Notes: generated by a model from the sequence alone, not told the origin. A stretch of DNA of 64,000 nt from Octopus vulgaris (GCA_951406725.2 OX597823.1:47182001-47246000); one strand, 5' to 3'. Positions 11,921 to 26,767 are shown, counted from the stretch's first letter. Numbers and translations: made by a program.

Positions 11921-14360
11921 TTGATATGCATGTTCAAAAGGACTATGGAAGAACAAACTGATATACCACATTGGCTTGCTACAGCAAGGACAAGTCTCGT
12001 TGCCAAAAATGAAATCATCGAGATGGCAGGAAGCTACAGGCCCGTTACTTGCCTAAGCATTATGTACAAGCCGTACACAAGTAGCCTCAACCAATTCCTT
12101 CACGAGGAGTCGAACAACATTGTGACTTATGAACAGGCTGGTGGAAATAAGGGAGTGTGGGGATGTGCCGAACAACTTTTAATAAAAGAAAACTGTACTG
12201 TCTGAAGTTAGAAAACAACGCAGAAACCTTGTGACAGTATGGCTTGTCTATATGAAGGCATTCGACTCTATTTGTCATTCATGGCTGTTGAAGTGCCAAC
12301 ATCTGGCAAAGGGACCTCCTTCTTTAATTGCTGCAAAAGAGAGACTCACAAAGACATGGACAACTATTCTTACCCTTACTACTGAGAAAAGAATAATTGT
12401 TTCTGATAGTATAAGCATTACAAAGGGAATATTCCATTATCGTTCCTACTGCAGAAAACAAATGGTTACATGCTAGGATCTTCAACTGCCAGAAATATCA
12501 ATGTAACTCATAATTTCTTTGTAGACGACCTGAAGATTTATGCTAAAAGTGTTAAGAATGCCAAAAAAAAAAACAACTGGAATTATTAACATTTTCAACT
12601 AATATAGGCATGGAATTTGGCCAAAAGGAATGTTCATATTTGGTTATAGAACGAGGAAAATTAGTCCCTCGAACTCAATACCTATGCATCAACGGTCTTT
12701 CTATCTCCCCCATTCCTCACAAAAAATGTTACAAGTACCTAGGCATAGACGAAAATGTATCATATGAAGGCACTGTGAATAAAAATAGAATGACCCGATA
12801 ATATTACACCAGACTCAGGAAAATATGACAGTTGGAACTCTCCTCTTACAACAAAACAATATTCCACAATGCATTTACAGTACCAGGGCTCAAACCAACA
12901 TTTGGGATACTTGATTGATCTGTAGAGGAAATCCACTCGATAGATATAAAACCCCACAAAATCCTGACAATAACTGAGAACATCCACAGAAACAGTGATG
13001 TTGACAGGCTCTACCTAAGAAGAAATGAAGGTGGTAGAGGCCTGATAATCAGTGCAGACGGCATTCGAACGCCGTATGGTATCACTCAGGCAGCACCTGC
13101 TAAACAACAACAGCAAAAATAAATATTAATGCAGTGCTGAAAAGCGAAGTGAGCAACATTGTACGCGTTGGCAGTGAACGCCTCAAGCAACATTCTCTTC
13201 CAAATGATCTCCTATACAGCCCCCAAACAGCTGGGCTCTCTTACCTCAGAGAAGACCTGGATGGAAAGCACTCAGCATACAAAAAAAAAATGTTTATGCA
13301 TGGTTATGCTGCCCGGAAGCTTGAAGGTGACAGTAGAATTGACACGAAGCGCAGCCTCTCTTGGACACAAGACCACTACATCACATCACATTTTGAAGGC
13401 TATGCGTTTGCAATCCAAGAACAAGAGATTGCCACAAAGTACCTGGAGAGCAAGCGAGAAAGTGACGCTCTTGTAATCCCAAGGGGCAACCACATGTGTA
13501 GGCTATATCTTGTTTTCGTGGAAGACATTACGCTTGTGATTAGCAGCTGTCCTAAAATGTCTTCACGGTACCATCTCTCAATGTGGTACGATGTAGTTGC
13601 TAAAACAATTTACAATGCCATCTGCAATAAAGACTGTCCTGAAATTAACTTAGAAAATCCCTCTGCTATGGAATACATTCATGACCACCAACCCAAGGAA
13701 TTCTGGTGGAATATTTGCGTCAAAACTTCTGTCAAATGTAAGCGTAACAAGCCGGATATTGTTGTTTGGGACTAGGGGCAATGGTATATACCACACATAC
13801 ATACATACATACATACATACATACATACATACATACATACATACATACATACATACATGCATACATACATGCATACCGGATGTTAACATAAAGCTGCAGA
13901 TCAGTGAAAAAGAGAATATTTACGCTGAACTATTGAAAAATATGCAGTTACTCTATCCAGATTACAAGTCCAGGTTTATACCTGTAATTATTGGGGTCCT
14001 GGGATACGTAACACACTGCTTAAATACCAATCTTGAGAAATTAGGTTTCTCAAAACCAGAAAGGAGAAAGCTAATTCGAAGACTACAGATCCAATCATCT
14101 ATCATTGGAACTGTAAAAATTTGTAAAACTTCCCAGAAGTTTATCATTTAAATATATATGAGCATGTCTTGATATGCAACTATATGCATGAGAGTACATG
14201 CATAAGTAAAACATAGAAATTTGCGGATATACATACATACATACAAGTAAAAATGCCCTGTTGTTGATGTTAAAATTCTAATGAAGGAGCTTTGAATCTA
14301 GGTTAGAAACCGACACTTTCTCTATTCGCAAGAAATCTTGAAATAAAACTGGACAATGAC
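11921..14360 (+). mobile_element. R4/Dong-type non-LTR retrotransposon (RT + decayed CCHC + RLE endonuclease), 5'-truncated pseudogene
   Basis: Motifs across frames: SYRPVTCL, EQAG…GCAEQLLI, KAFDSI, FVDDLK, GMEFG, YKYLG, RLYLRRNEGGRGL, AIQEQEIAT, NKPDIVVWD, PVIIGVLG. Multiple stops and frameshifts. The 3' UTR runs into (TACA)n. Confidence 0.9.
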
Positions 14361-15258
14361 ATACATGCATACATACATGTGTGTGTGCGCGTGTTTGTGT
14401 GTGAGCGCTCCCGCGCGCGTAATGCACTGTTCCGTGTTGGTAAGATCAACAACAAAGTCCTCCATCTGGTGAGAGATAAATATGATTTAACAGACATGTT
14501 TTTATGCGCTACTATTCTCTCATTCTATTTTTTTTTAGTTCTTTTTGATATGTCATTTGTGCCTAATGAATATGTTAAGCTATTTCTCAACATATGAAGC
14601 TATAAGTAGCACATAAAAACATATATAGTGTCTATCGTAAGTGTTTTAGTGTGTGTGTGTACGTGCGTGCGTGTGTGTGTACGTGCGTGTGTGCGTGTGT
14701 GTGTGTGTGTGTGCGTGCGTATGTGTGTGTGTGGCTGGGGTACCTTTGTATCAATGCCTATCCCCCATAACCACTAGTCAACCGGTGTTGCTGTGTTTAC
14801 GTCCCCTAACTTAGCGTTTCGACAAAAGTAGGCGATAGAATAAGTAGCAGGCTTTTTAAAATATTTAGTATTGGGGGGGGGGGCATCGATTCGTTCGACT
14901 AAAATTCATCGAGGTGGTGGTGCTCCAGCATGGCCATAGTCAAAATAACCGAAGCAAGTAAAAAGAAAAACGACAACTTGAATATTGCCTGGGATTGATA
15001 TCCTCGTTGACAGCTCACAAGTGCGTTATTGTAGCCATGTCGTTGGGAAGCAAATATCTCGGGTCCAAGTGGAACTTGTGCTTTCGGTACTCAGTGATCG
15101 CATCCTTCACGCCGCTACATTCTCGAATTATCTCATCTTGAATGTGTTTTCGTAATGATATTCCAAGCATAGATCTTATTAGAGACAGAGCAATGTAGAT
15201 TATTGATTACCCTTCAAAAAATTAGCTTTTATTCTTTATATGAGAGTTAATTCCTTCC

Positions 15259-15433
15259 GTTTAAATGGCGCACTAGGTCAAGAGGGTACATGACTTCAGA
15301 CATTCTTAGGTGATATGCAACCAAACCGTTAGGTAATCAGCTATACATCACGACCGAGCCACAGTAGTTTCATGTGATCAGTCTTCTAAGCAGGCAAATC
15401 AAGATGCAGTCATCGCGTAGTGCAATCTTCTAG
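15259..15433 (+). repeat. Dispersed ~175-bp direct repeat, copy 1 (copy 2 at 21162-21338)
   Basis: gtttaaatggcgcactaggtcaagagggtacatgacttcagacattcttagg… is nearly identical in both copies. Confidence 0.9.
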
Positions 15434-16262
15434 ATTGCGTCTTAGCCAATCGATGTTTTGTCCTCTTCGTAGTACCCCACGTCTCAATTGTTTATAACGT
15501 CGCAGATATACGTACATGAATAAATTCTAAACAATAACCCAACCCCAAATTTAATCAATAAAACGGTCGTGAGCTCTTACGTAGTCAGAGTCAAGCGAAA
15601 ACCCTTCGTAGTATGATGCCAAAAAAATATAATTACATGGAATTATTTTGATTGTAAGCTTTTCGCAAAAATTAGACCGCTAAAGGGTACTACTTCATAC
15701 TAGTAAATGAGGAAACCGTAAGCCGAAATTTTGGTGATTATACTCATTATCTGTGTGTGTGAGAATGTGTGCGTGTGTATGTGTATGTGTGTGTGTGTGT
15801 GTGTCTGTGTGTCTGTCTGTGCGTGCGCGCGCATTCAGTATAATTACACGAAACAGCAAGGATCAAAATAGCTAAGTCAAATGAATCTACACGCACATAC
15901 ACATGTAAATAAATATACATAAATATGTGTATATATATATATATATATATATGTGGTTCTGTCCAAGTGTCGAAACAGCAGTGATAACCGTGTGGCAGCC
16001 GATCATGGGAATATATTTGTTATGTTTAATTGTGGATTTATTTTATATCTTAATCTCGGTATTTTGAGTTATCTTTCATTCTTGTAAAGCGGGAAGTGTT
16101 TGTGGTTTCATAGTTTGTGAAGAGATCACATACATTGGTATAGTTTGGTTTTCTTCATATGTAATCTAATTAGGATTTAATGATGATTAGATATTTATGT
16201 CTAAGTCTTCGGAGGTTCTGTTACACACACAAATATATGAAGTGGTATATCAAAATCTGGGT

Positions 16263-16301
<39 letters not shown>

Positions 16302-16982
16302 CGTAATATTATTTGGAATTACTATATTTAGGAAATATCAATAGTAGCATTTCTTCGTGTAATTCGTGCAATGTTCTTTTTGTATACAGCCCATGGAAAT
16401 AAGATTAAATTTGTGAAAAAGTACTTATTTTAAAAACCAAACTATAAATATATTATCCGGACATAAATTGAATGTTCCTGCGGTATTACCGACGTACATT
16501 ATACGTAGATACATTCCTGTCATCACGAGATGTAAAGTAGCTATGAAGAAGATTATTGCTTCTTTATACGCGTATTCTATCTAAATGCAGAATAAGTGTA
16601 TATAAACAGCAAGCTGTAAAACTTGAAAAAAGCTGAAATACATGCCTCTTTATAGTGAAAATTAATTGATCATCATAATTTCAAAATTAAATTTAGGAAG
16701 GGGATATTATATTAGTGATAGGAGAGATTGTTTCTCAAATGTAATATCAATATTTTTCTGTGCACAGTTTAGAAAAGGGCCTCATAAAATAGAATAACCT
16801 GAATATTAAAGCGTTATTATCAAATAATGAAATGGAAAATATACAAAATTTGCATATAACTATTTCAACTAATACACATATATATATGTACATGCAAACG
16901 TACATACAAATATTTGTGTATATGTATATATATGTGTGTGTGTGTGTGTTTCTCTGTGTGTGTGTGCTTCTGTGTGTGTGTG

Positions 16983-17017
<35 letters not shown>

Positions 17018-18354
17018 ATACATGCAAGCGCGCACACACATATGCGTATATATCTTTTATCCTTTACTTCTTTCAGTCATTAGACTATGGCCATGCTGGG
17101 GCACCGCAGTGAAGAATTTTAGGTGAACGTATCGACCTCTAGTACCTACTTTGTAAACCTGACACTTTTTCTTTTGGCGAACCGCTAGGTTTAAGGGGTG
17201 TAAACCACACCAACACCGGTTCCAAGTGGGGGTGCAAACACAGTCACGCATGTATATATAATATATATCACCGTGATCACCGTGACCAAGCAGGCTATCA
17301 GATGTTGCTTCACATCGCTGGTCACAATGCGCTTCGCATTGTTTTAGCCTTCAAATGACGCCACCCCGCTGGCTAAGCGAGCAGGCCATCAGAAGAAAGA
17401 GTGAGAAAAAGTTGTGGCGAAAGAGTACAGCAGGGATCATCAATGTCTTTTATTCAGGATCTAGTCTGTACCAAAATCTGTTGGCACTCCAAATTAAAGC
17501 ATATTATCTTTGATAGTTTGGTAAAAAAAAAATTGACCTAAAATAAGGGTGTGTTTGGCTTGTAGGTAATTTTGAATTTATAATTAGGTCATGAATAGAT
17601 AATGTGGAAATTTGAATATCATTTTATTTTCTTTATAGAATTAATATTGTTCTTGATGTATGTCATATTTGTTTTGCCTGGGTTCTATTCCTACTGAGTG
17701 AGAGCATCTTCAATTTAGGGGTGTTTTCCTACGTCTGACGGGTTAGTCTTGCCTTAAGTATAAATGTAATTAATTGCCAACCACAAGAAAATGAAACGAA
17801 GAGTTGTTTTTTTTACCTTTTATCTTTTACCTATTTCAGACAGACTGCGGCCATTCTGGGGCCCTGCCTTAAAGAATTTTTAGTCGAATAAATCGACTCC
17901 AGTACTTATGTTTTTTAAAGCTTGGTATTCATTCTGTTGGTCTCATCTACCAACGTTGAATTATTTATAATTATAGATCTGTTCGATTGTTGCTGATCAG
18001 GGATTAAACTACGACGACAACAACAACAACAACAACAACACAAGCTGTAATAATCCAGACTACTGCAAACAACCTAGTAATGGTCGTACTTCCATAAACG
18101 GAGAGCTGGCAGAATCGTTAGCACGCTGGGTAAAATGCTTAGCGGCATTTCATTCGTCATTACGTTCTGAGTTCAAATTCCGCCGCGACGATCCACTTTT
18201 ACTATTTATCATTTCAGAGTCGATAAAATAAGTACCAGTTAAGCACTCGACTAACGACTATCCCTCTTCCCCGAAATTGTTGGCCTTGTGCCAAAATATG
18301 AAACCAATATTCGTTCTTGTACTTGAAGTCAAACGGAAGGAATTAACTATCATA

Positions 18355-18752
18355 TACTCTTTTACTCTTTTACATGTTTCAGTCATTTGACTGCGGCCAT
18401 GCTGGAGCACCGCCTTGAGTCGAGCAAATCGACCCCGGGACTTATTCTTTGTAAGCCCAGTACTTATTATATCGGTCTCTTTTGCCGAACCGCTAAGTGA
18501 CGGGGACGTAAACACACCAGCATCGGTTGTCAAGCAATGCTAGGGAGACAAACACAGACACACAAACAAACACACACGCATATATATATACATATATACG
18601 ACAGGCTTCTTTCAGTTTCCGTCTACCAAATCCACTCACAAGGCATTGGTCGGCCCGGGGCTATAGCAGAAGACACTTGCCCAAGATGCCACGCAGTGGG
18701 ACTGAACCCGGAACCATGTGGCTGGTTAGCAAGCTACTTACCACACAGCCAC
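18355..18752 (-). mobile_element. SINE family A, full length
   Basis: Reverse complement of the 26767-27180 copy with few differences. Confidence 0.9.
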
Positions 18753-19677
18753 TAAAAGCTAATTTTTTGAAGGGTAATCAATAATCGACATTGCTCTGTC
18801 TCTAATATGAATGATTGAGAGGAAAAATACCCGGGGACAACTCTGCAGAAACACAAATTGTAAAACTTAAAACATTATAAAGAGTTTCTGTCTGTTTCTT
18901 ATTCAGGCAGCACCTGAAACATTTTCTTTCTTTTTTTCGCCCTACACCCGAGACGTGTAGGAGAAACTTGGTTTCACTTTAGGCTGTATGTGAGGGGCAC
19001 AGCACTCTTTCATATATACGAACAGTTTTACTTGAGATTTCTAGAGTAGAGAAAAACTGAAATCTTCTTGAAGCTTCGAACTCGAAACTGGAGTCTGTGT
19101 GCTGCAGCTTTGCCAAGTCCTCTTGAGAGATCCTCGGGAATGTGGAACCTTGTAATTCTGGCTGAGGGTTTTATTTGCATGTTAACCCATGTTTCTTTGA
19201 TGTGTGTGGGTGATTGTGCTTTCATGCTGTTGGAAAATACAAAGGAGGCTGTTGGAGAAGTTTCGCTAAACTGGAGACTGGGACTGAATTCTTACAATAG
19301 AATGAACTCTGCTAAAATGTTCTCCAGGACCAAGTCGTAACGTTAAACCGATGATGGATTTGGGCAATCATCCCAAAATTCTGTCTGCCTACCAAATTTG
19401 GTCTTCAGTGCAAATCCTCAAATTTGGGAGAAGTGGTTGATCAATTATATTGACCTTAGTGTTTAATTAGTACTTTATTTCAAGGAATTGAACTCAGAAC
19501 GTGAAGAACTGTCGATAAATTCGGTGAAGTATTTCATCCAACTCTGCAACGGTTCAATGGATCTACTTCTGTTCTTTTCTTCTTTTTAATCAAAAGGTGA
19601 GAGACAAAAATATTTGGTTAGCTTTAAACTTAAAATGAAAACTTATTTTCAATTATAGATTAATCAGAATGTAGTAC

Positions 19678-19908
19678 CTATTTCTTTATTACCCACAAGG
19701 GGCTAAACACAGAGGGGACAAACAAGGACAGACATAGGTATTAAGTCGATTACATCGACCCCAGTGCGTATCTGGTACTTAATTTATCGACCCCGAAAGG
19801 ATGAAAGGCAAAGTTCACCTCGGCGGAATTTGAACTCACAACGTAACGACAGACGAAATACGGCTACGCATTTCGCCCGGCGTGCTAACGATTCTGCCAG
19901 CTCGCCGC
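19678..19908 (-). mobile_element. SINE family B, monomer
   Basis: Reverse complement of ggcggcgagctggcagaatcgttagcacgccgggcg…ccccttgtgggtaataaagaaatagg. Confidence 0.88.
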
Positions 19909-20117
19909 CTACCAACAACAGCAACTAGCACTCTGTCGTTTATGAGGACGAGGGTTCCAGTTGATCCGATCAGCGGAACAGTCTGCTTGTGCAAGTGGTT
20001 GAGCACTTGGTTCATTGAAGTAGGAGAAACTAGGTGCTACACATATCGGTTGTGTATGTATGACATCGCATCGATATGTAAAGGTTAAAGGAGAGAGAAT
20101 GAGGATATTTGCTAGAT

Positions 20118-20347
20118 CAGTGGTTCTCGGCCGGCATCCACATGATCCTAGGTGTCCATATAAGATTTTGTTGTCAAAAATTTAGGCACAGGCATGTCTG
20201 TGTGGAAAGAATCTTGCTTCCCAACCACATGGTTCATGGTTCAGTCTCACTGCGCGGCACCTTGGGCAAGTGTCTTTTACTATAGCCTCGGGCCGACTAA
20301 AGCCTTGTCAGTGGATTTAGCTGACGGAAACGGAAAGAAGCCCGTCG

Positions 20348-20410
<63 letters not shown>

Positions 20411-20803
20411 CTATGTCTGTGAGCTTTTGTATCTGTGTTTGTCTCCTCATCACCGCTTGACAACCGGCGTTGGTGTTTACATCAAAAGAGACCGATAAAA
20501 TAAGTACTAAGCATACAAAGAATAAGTCTTGGAGTCGATTTCTTCGACTAAAAAAACCTGCATGGCCTCAGACAAATGACTGAAACAAGTAAAAGAATAA
20601 ATAAATAAATAAATAAAAGAATAAATTGGTTACACTTCTGCAACATGCAAAATATTTTATCAAGTTTTTATACAATTCCTATAATAATATTTAAGAATAA
20701 AATTATAATATGGGATTATTTTAAATATCGAATGGTTACATGGATTCTTCCAAGTACAAGAGGAAAAAGGGGTCCAAAGGTAAAAGATGATTGAGAACCA
20801 CTG
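20118..20803. mobile_element. hAT-type MITE interrupted by a family A SINE (~20185-20600)
   Basis: Terminal cagtggttctc / gagaaccactg. The 8-bp flanks tgctagat / agtaagat match only partly. Confidence 0.6.
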
Positions 20804-21161
20804 AGTAAGATGTAGCCTGTACTTTGCACTTTGTGCAATACACTAAACTGAAAACATGTCTCAATAACTTTATCTTACTTAAGCATAATACAGATATCAC
20901 ACGCATCTCTCCCAAAGCAGACATCACATTTCTGTTAAGGCAAACATCACGTTTCTCTCTCGTAATTATCAAAGAAGACATTATATTTGTCTCTAGACGT
21001 AATCAAGGAAATCATCACATTTTTCTCCAAACAATTATCATTGTATTAGTATTTAACAATTTGAGGAAGAACTAGAGAATACTTTAAAAAGTTTTGATGT
21101 CATTTAGTATAGAACATTCTAAGAAGAATGGTACCACAATTAGGTGGAGTTAGTTCAATTT

Positions 21162-21338
21162 GTTTAAATGGCGCACTAGGTCAAGAGGGTACATGACTTC
21201 AGACATTCTTAGGTGATATGCAACCAAATCGTTAGGTAACCAGCCATACATCACGACCGAGCCACAGTAGTTTCATGTGATCAGTCTACTAAGCAGGCAA
21301 GTTAAAGTGAAGTCATCGCGTGGTTCAGTTTCCTAGAA
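21162..21338 (+). repeat. Dispersed ~175-bp direct repeat, copy 2
   Basis: See 15259-15433. Confidence 0.9.
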
Positions 21339-22738
21339 TCTTCTTAAAAAGTCACCTTTGGCGCCAACGCGTTTTCGCAGAGTTTTAAGAGCGGCAGACT
21401 CGTTGACACGTCTTACCGCTTGCCAGGCAGAATGGTGAGGCAGCTGCGTGATGTGTCTCCATTTTTACTAAAGCCAGACTATCTGGGAAGACGGTTAAGA
21501 TAGAAGGCAGATATATGACAGGAATCTCCGTCGTCACGAATATAGCACAATTGTTTCCAATTATGTTGGGTCGGCCACATGTTGCTGTATCGGTAAGCTT
21601 GCAGTATGTCTCTCCAAATATGCAATTCTGCAGTGTAACTCTATATGCAATAATATAATCTTCTGCTAAATGTTTGCGGGTATTGTCACTTATTACTTCA
21701 TGCAGTTCAAGAAACACATTTTCCTTCTTCAGTTCAACCAACCATCACCACAGACCACCCAACAAACACATGACATTATTTTTCCAAAGAGCAACTCTGA
21801 CTGAGCACACTCTATGTCTAAAAACATTAGTCATGGTCTCTTCTCTTTTATTTTAGACATTTTATATCTGGGACTAAATTATCTGACCTCGCTAGTTTTT
21901 TTTTTTTTTTAAAGACAGAGTGTATAATTTAAGAGAGATTCTGGCTGTTATTTCTAGCAGAACAAGCCACCTCATAGTACGATTTAAAGTAAGTTGAAAT
22001 GGAACGAACGAGAATGCTTGGAAAAATAGCTCACGCTTCGGTACTTCAGGAGTTCGTCGGCAGATAATACGGCAGTCACCAAGACATATTTAAATATTGA
22101 TTTTTATTTTTTGAATATAAGCACAAGGCATCGAATTTAGCGGAGGAGGGACATATGACTACGTAATATTCATGACTTTTGGAAGTGGTGGTGGTGGTGG
22201 TGGTGGTGGTGATGGTGGTGGTTGAAGTGGTGGTGGGGGGGTAAGCATTGGAAATCAAAATTAAGTAGAATTGTTATAACCAGTGAGCGAAGAGTATTTT
22301 ATGTGTAGACTATGGCACTCACAAGGCATGTCTAGTTATTAATATCCAAATACAGCATTAACAACTAGTGTGAAATTATAGTAGTGGCTGAGACACATAC
22401 CATAGGAATGATGCTTCTATGTATAAAAGCAACGAAGTAACAAGTAACATTTCAGTGTATTGATGTGTATTTTATGGAAGGTTGAGGATACCATAAAATA
22501 TTTCAGCAACAAGTCTATGAATATATTTGCTCTCTGAATCTCGTGTTACTCTCAAATATGCTAGCTCGTTCTCCTCCTTAATCGCCACCTTCACCAGTTT
22601 CTCTTTGTATATAAGTGCATATAAGTATGTATATACTTTACGCACTTGCATACACATCTTACATACAAAAAAAAAAAACACGCTCACACACACACATAAA
22701 TACATGTGTGTAAAATATCAATCTGTTTTACTATCAAA

Positions 22739-22784
<46 letters not shown>

Positions 22785-22893
22785 CTTTACATATTGGCAT
22801 ACATATACATGCATAGATGCGTGCATGTATGTAGGTATGTATATATGTATGTATTTATGTATGTATGTATGCACGCATGCATACATACATACA

Positions 22894-22927
<34 letters not shown>

Positions 22928-22967
22928 CATAGGCACGCAGACACAGACACAGACACAGAAAAGCATG

Positions 22968-23009
<42 letters not shown>

Positions 23010-23026
23010 TATACATATATATATAT

Positions 23027-23097
<71 letters not shown>

Positions 23098-23719
23098 TAT
23101 AGAGGTAATAGATATAGATATATATACACATATATATACATATGTATACATGCACATACATAAATATACATGTACACAATCTAAACATTTGAGAGTTTAG
23201 TTATTCATGCGTGTACACTCACACACAGATGCAGACATATAGACGTACACACACACACAAACACAGACACACACACACACGCACATACATACTTATGTCT
23301 GTGTGTGTGCACGTGTGCGTGTGTGTACGTATATATTTCTGTATTTATGAGTGAATGTGCACGTATAAATGCATATACGTATGTGTATGCATGTATGTAT
23401 GTATGTATTATATAAGTATTTATGTATATGTGTTTATGTGTGTCTTTGTGTCTGTGTCACTCGCCACATGACAACTGGTGTATTTACGTCCCCACGAGCT
23501 AGAAGTTCGGCAAAAGTGACGATAGAATAAATAGCAGAATTAAGAAAGAAGTTGAGTGGATTCGATCGAATTAACCCTTCGAGGCTGAGCCTCCAGTATA
23601 TGAAACAAGTAAAAGAGTAAAAGTATACAGACATGTGTGTGGGGGGTGCGTGTGTATGTGTGCGCATGTGCGTGCATGCGTGCATGCGTGTTTGTGTTTG
23701 CCTATAGATGGATAGATTA

Positions 23720-23769
<50 letters not shown>

Positions 23770-23770
<1 letters not shown>

Positions 23771-24635
23771 GGCGTAGGAGTGGATGTGTGGTAAGTAGCT
23801 TGCTTACAAACCACATAGTTCCGGGTTCAGTCGCACTGCGTGGCACCTTGGGCAAGTCTTCTACTACAGCCCCGGGCTGACTAAAGCCTTGTGAGTGGAT
23901 TTGATAGACGGAAACTGAAAGAAGCCCGTCGTATACAGGTATATATATGCGTGTATGTTTGTGTAAATGTGTGTCTGTGTTTGTACCCCCCCCTCCCGCC
24001 CAACATCACTTGACAACCGACGCTGGTGTGTTTACGTCCACGTAACTTAGCAGTTCAGCAAAAGAGAGCGATAGAATAAGTACTAGGCTTACAAAGAATA
24101 AATCCTGGGGCCGATTTGCTCGACTAAAGGCGGTGCTCCAGCATGGCCGCAGTCAAATGACTGAAACAAGTAAAGATTCAAAGATTCAATGATATCCACA
24201 TATAGTTTGTGTGTATGTATTCTTATCTTTCATCTTTTATCTTTCTACTTGTGTCAGCCATTTGACTACGGCCATACGGGAGCACCGCTTTGAAGAATTT
24301 TAGTCTAATGGATCGACCCCGATTCCTTTCTTTTAAGCCTGGAAATTATTCTATCCGTCTCTTTGCTTAACCACTAAGTTAAAGTGTCATAAGCACACTA
24401 ACACCATTGTCAAGGGGTGGTGAGGGACAAACAGAGGTGCAAAGACACACATATTTATATATAGATTTATGTAACGGGCTTCTTTCGGTTTCCGTCTGTC
24501 AAATCCACTCTCAAGGATTTAGTCTTCCCGAGGCTTTAGTAGACGATACTTCCCAGGATGCCACGTGGTGGGACTAAGCCCGGTACCTAGTGGCTAGGAA
24601 CCAAACTTCTTGCCACATAGCCAAGCCTATGCCTG

Positions 24636-24636
<1 letters not shown>
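23770..24636. mobile_element. Tail-to-tail inverted pair of family A SINEs (23770-24175 +; ~24230-24636 -)
   Basis: Both copies have head, body and tail. The minus copy is more diverged. Confidence 0.82.
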
Positions 24637-24711
<75 letters not shown>

Positions 24712-24971
24712 ATGTGTAAATGTGTATGTTTGTATATGTGTACATAAGTATATCATTAAAAAATCTAGCACTGAGAGATGGAAGGAACAAGAGTAAAGAC
24801 GCTTACAAAGAATAAATCCTGGGGCCGATTTGCTCGACTAAAGGCGGTGCTCCAGCATGGCCGCAGTCAAATGATTGAAACAAGTAAAGCGGACAAGCGA
24901 AAACCCCTAATCAATTTCCAAACAAATATCACCAGAATTTCGATATATATATATATATATATATATATACT

Positions 24972-25485
<514 letters not shown>

Positions 25486-25654
25486 TAATTCTGTAAATAA
25501 TAGTAATATTTTATAAGCGATCATCGTGTAAATGATTAAAGAAAATAGTCTAATAGTCTTATATGCCCCCATATTAGACTATTTTCTTTAGTCATTACAC
25601 TGTGATCCTTTGTAAGCTCATAAATTGTTGTTGTTGTTGTTGTTATTATTATTA

Positions 25655-25706
<52 letters not shown>

Positions 25707-25708
<2 letters not shown>

Positions 25709-25870
25709 ACATAATTTACAAGATAAGGGCAGAAGAAAAATTCTAATGCCAGATACGCCGAAACAAAAAATTGTCGATAACCATTAAAATTAATGGTTAT
25801 CGACAATTTTTTGTTTCGGTGTATCTGGCATTAGAATTTTTCTTCTGGCCCTATCTTGTAAATTATGTAT
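25707..25870. repeat. Near-perfect ~81-bp-arm palindrome adjoining (TA)n
   Basis: atacataatttacaagata…gataaccattaa, a 2-nt loop, then ttaatggttatc…tatcttgtaaattatgtat. About 3 mismatches. Confidence 0.92.
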
Positions 25871-26066
25871 AAATTTTACCTTTAAAGGCATTTTTTTGAT
25901 ATGCTGGCCATTGATAAAATTTTTTTCCCGAAAAAAATTTTATCCTATATCAATTATATATACATACAGTTAATCCAAACATGAAAGCACAAAAAAACAC
26001 AACAATGCGAGGACGTGGAACAAATATAGTATTATTGGACGCTCAGGAAAGAAGGAAAGAAGGAGG

Positions 26067-26101
26067 GTTTAACGTTTCGAGCGGAGCTCTTTGTCGGAAA
26101 C
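26067..26101 (-). ncRNA. Degenerate minimal hammerhead motif
   Basis: Minus strand: gttt CCGACAA a gagc tcc gctc GAAA cg TT aaac. Stems I and II are intact. The core has 2 substitutions versus CUGACGA. Confidence 0.55.
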
Positions 26102-26444
26102 ATAGGAGAAGGAAAGATCCAGAGAAGGGAAGACAGAGGAAAAAAAAAGCGCCAACGGTACACACGCGGTCACATTTGCGCAAGCGTGACTGTATGGTAA
26201 GAAGTTTGCTTCCCAACCAATGGTGCCGGATTCAGTCCCACTTCGTGGCATCATGGGATAGTATTTTCTCCTATACTACTATAGCCTTCGATTGAGCAAA
26301 GACTTGTGAGTGGGTTTAGCAGACGAAATTGGAAGGAGTCCGTCGTATATATATATGTATATTAAACCGTTAATCCCTACACATAATTTCTCTCTCTCTC
26401 TTTTTTTTCTTCATTCTCACTCCATTCTTTTCCCGCTCTCAAAC

Positions 26445-26480
26445 CTCTCTGTCGAAGAGCGTAAGCTCGAAATCTCAAAG
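26445..26480 (+). ncRNA. Degenerate minimal hammerhead motif
   Basis: ctct CTGTCGA a gagc gtaa gctc GAAA tc TC aaag. Core A6 is substituted. Confidence 0.5.
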
Positions 26481-26640
26481 ATATTTCCATTCTTTCTTAG
26501 CGTTGTTCCTTCATCTGTCTTTGTCTTATATATATATGTGTATGTGTGTGTGTGTGGTGCATGTGTGTATACCATAATTACTATAACATATCGGTATGGT
26601 AACGCAAACAGGATCAATCGAACTCAACCCGTGAGTAAAG

Positions 26641-26675
<35 letters not shown>

Positions 26676-26733
26676 CATACATGCATGCATACATACATAC
26701 ATACATACATACATACATACATACATACATACA

Positions 26734-26766
<33 letters not shown>

Positions 26767-26767
<1 letters not shown>

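Noticed and set aside
14270-14325. Hammerhead in the Dong 3' UTR (ctaatga…gaaaccga)
   Set aside because: Core G5 is missing, and there is no convincing stem II or NUH site.
18930-19340. Possible coding exon or LTR-retrotransposon remnant
   Set aside because: No diagnostic motif was recognised in the frames read.
21385-21741. 118-aa non-repetitive ORF as a host exon
   Set aside because: No recognisable domain or splice context. It may be decayed TE sequence.
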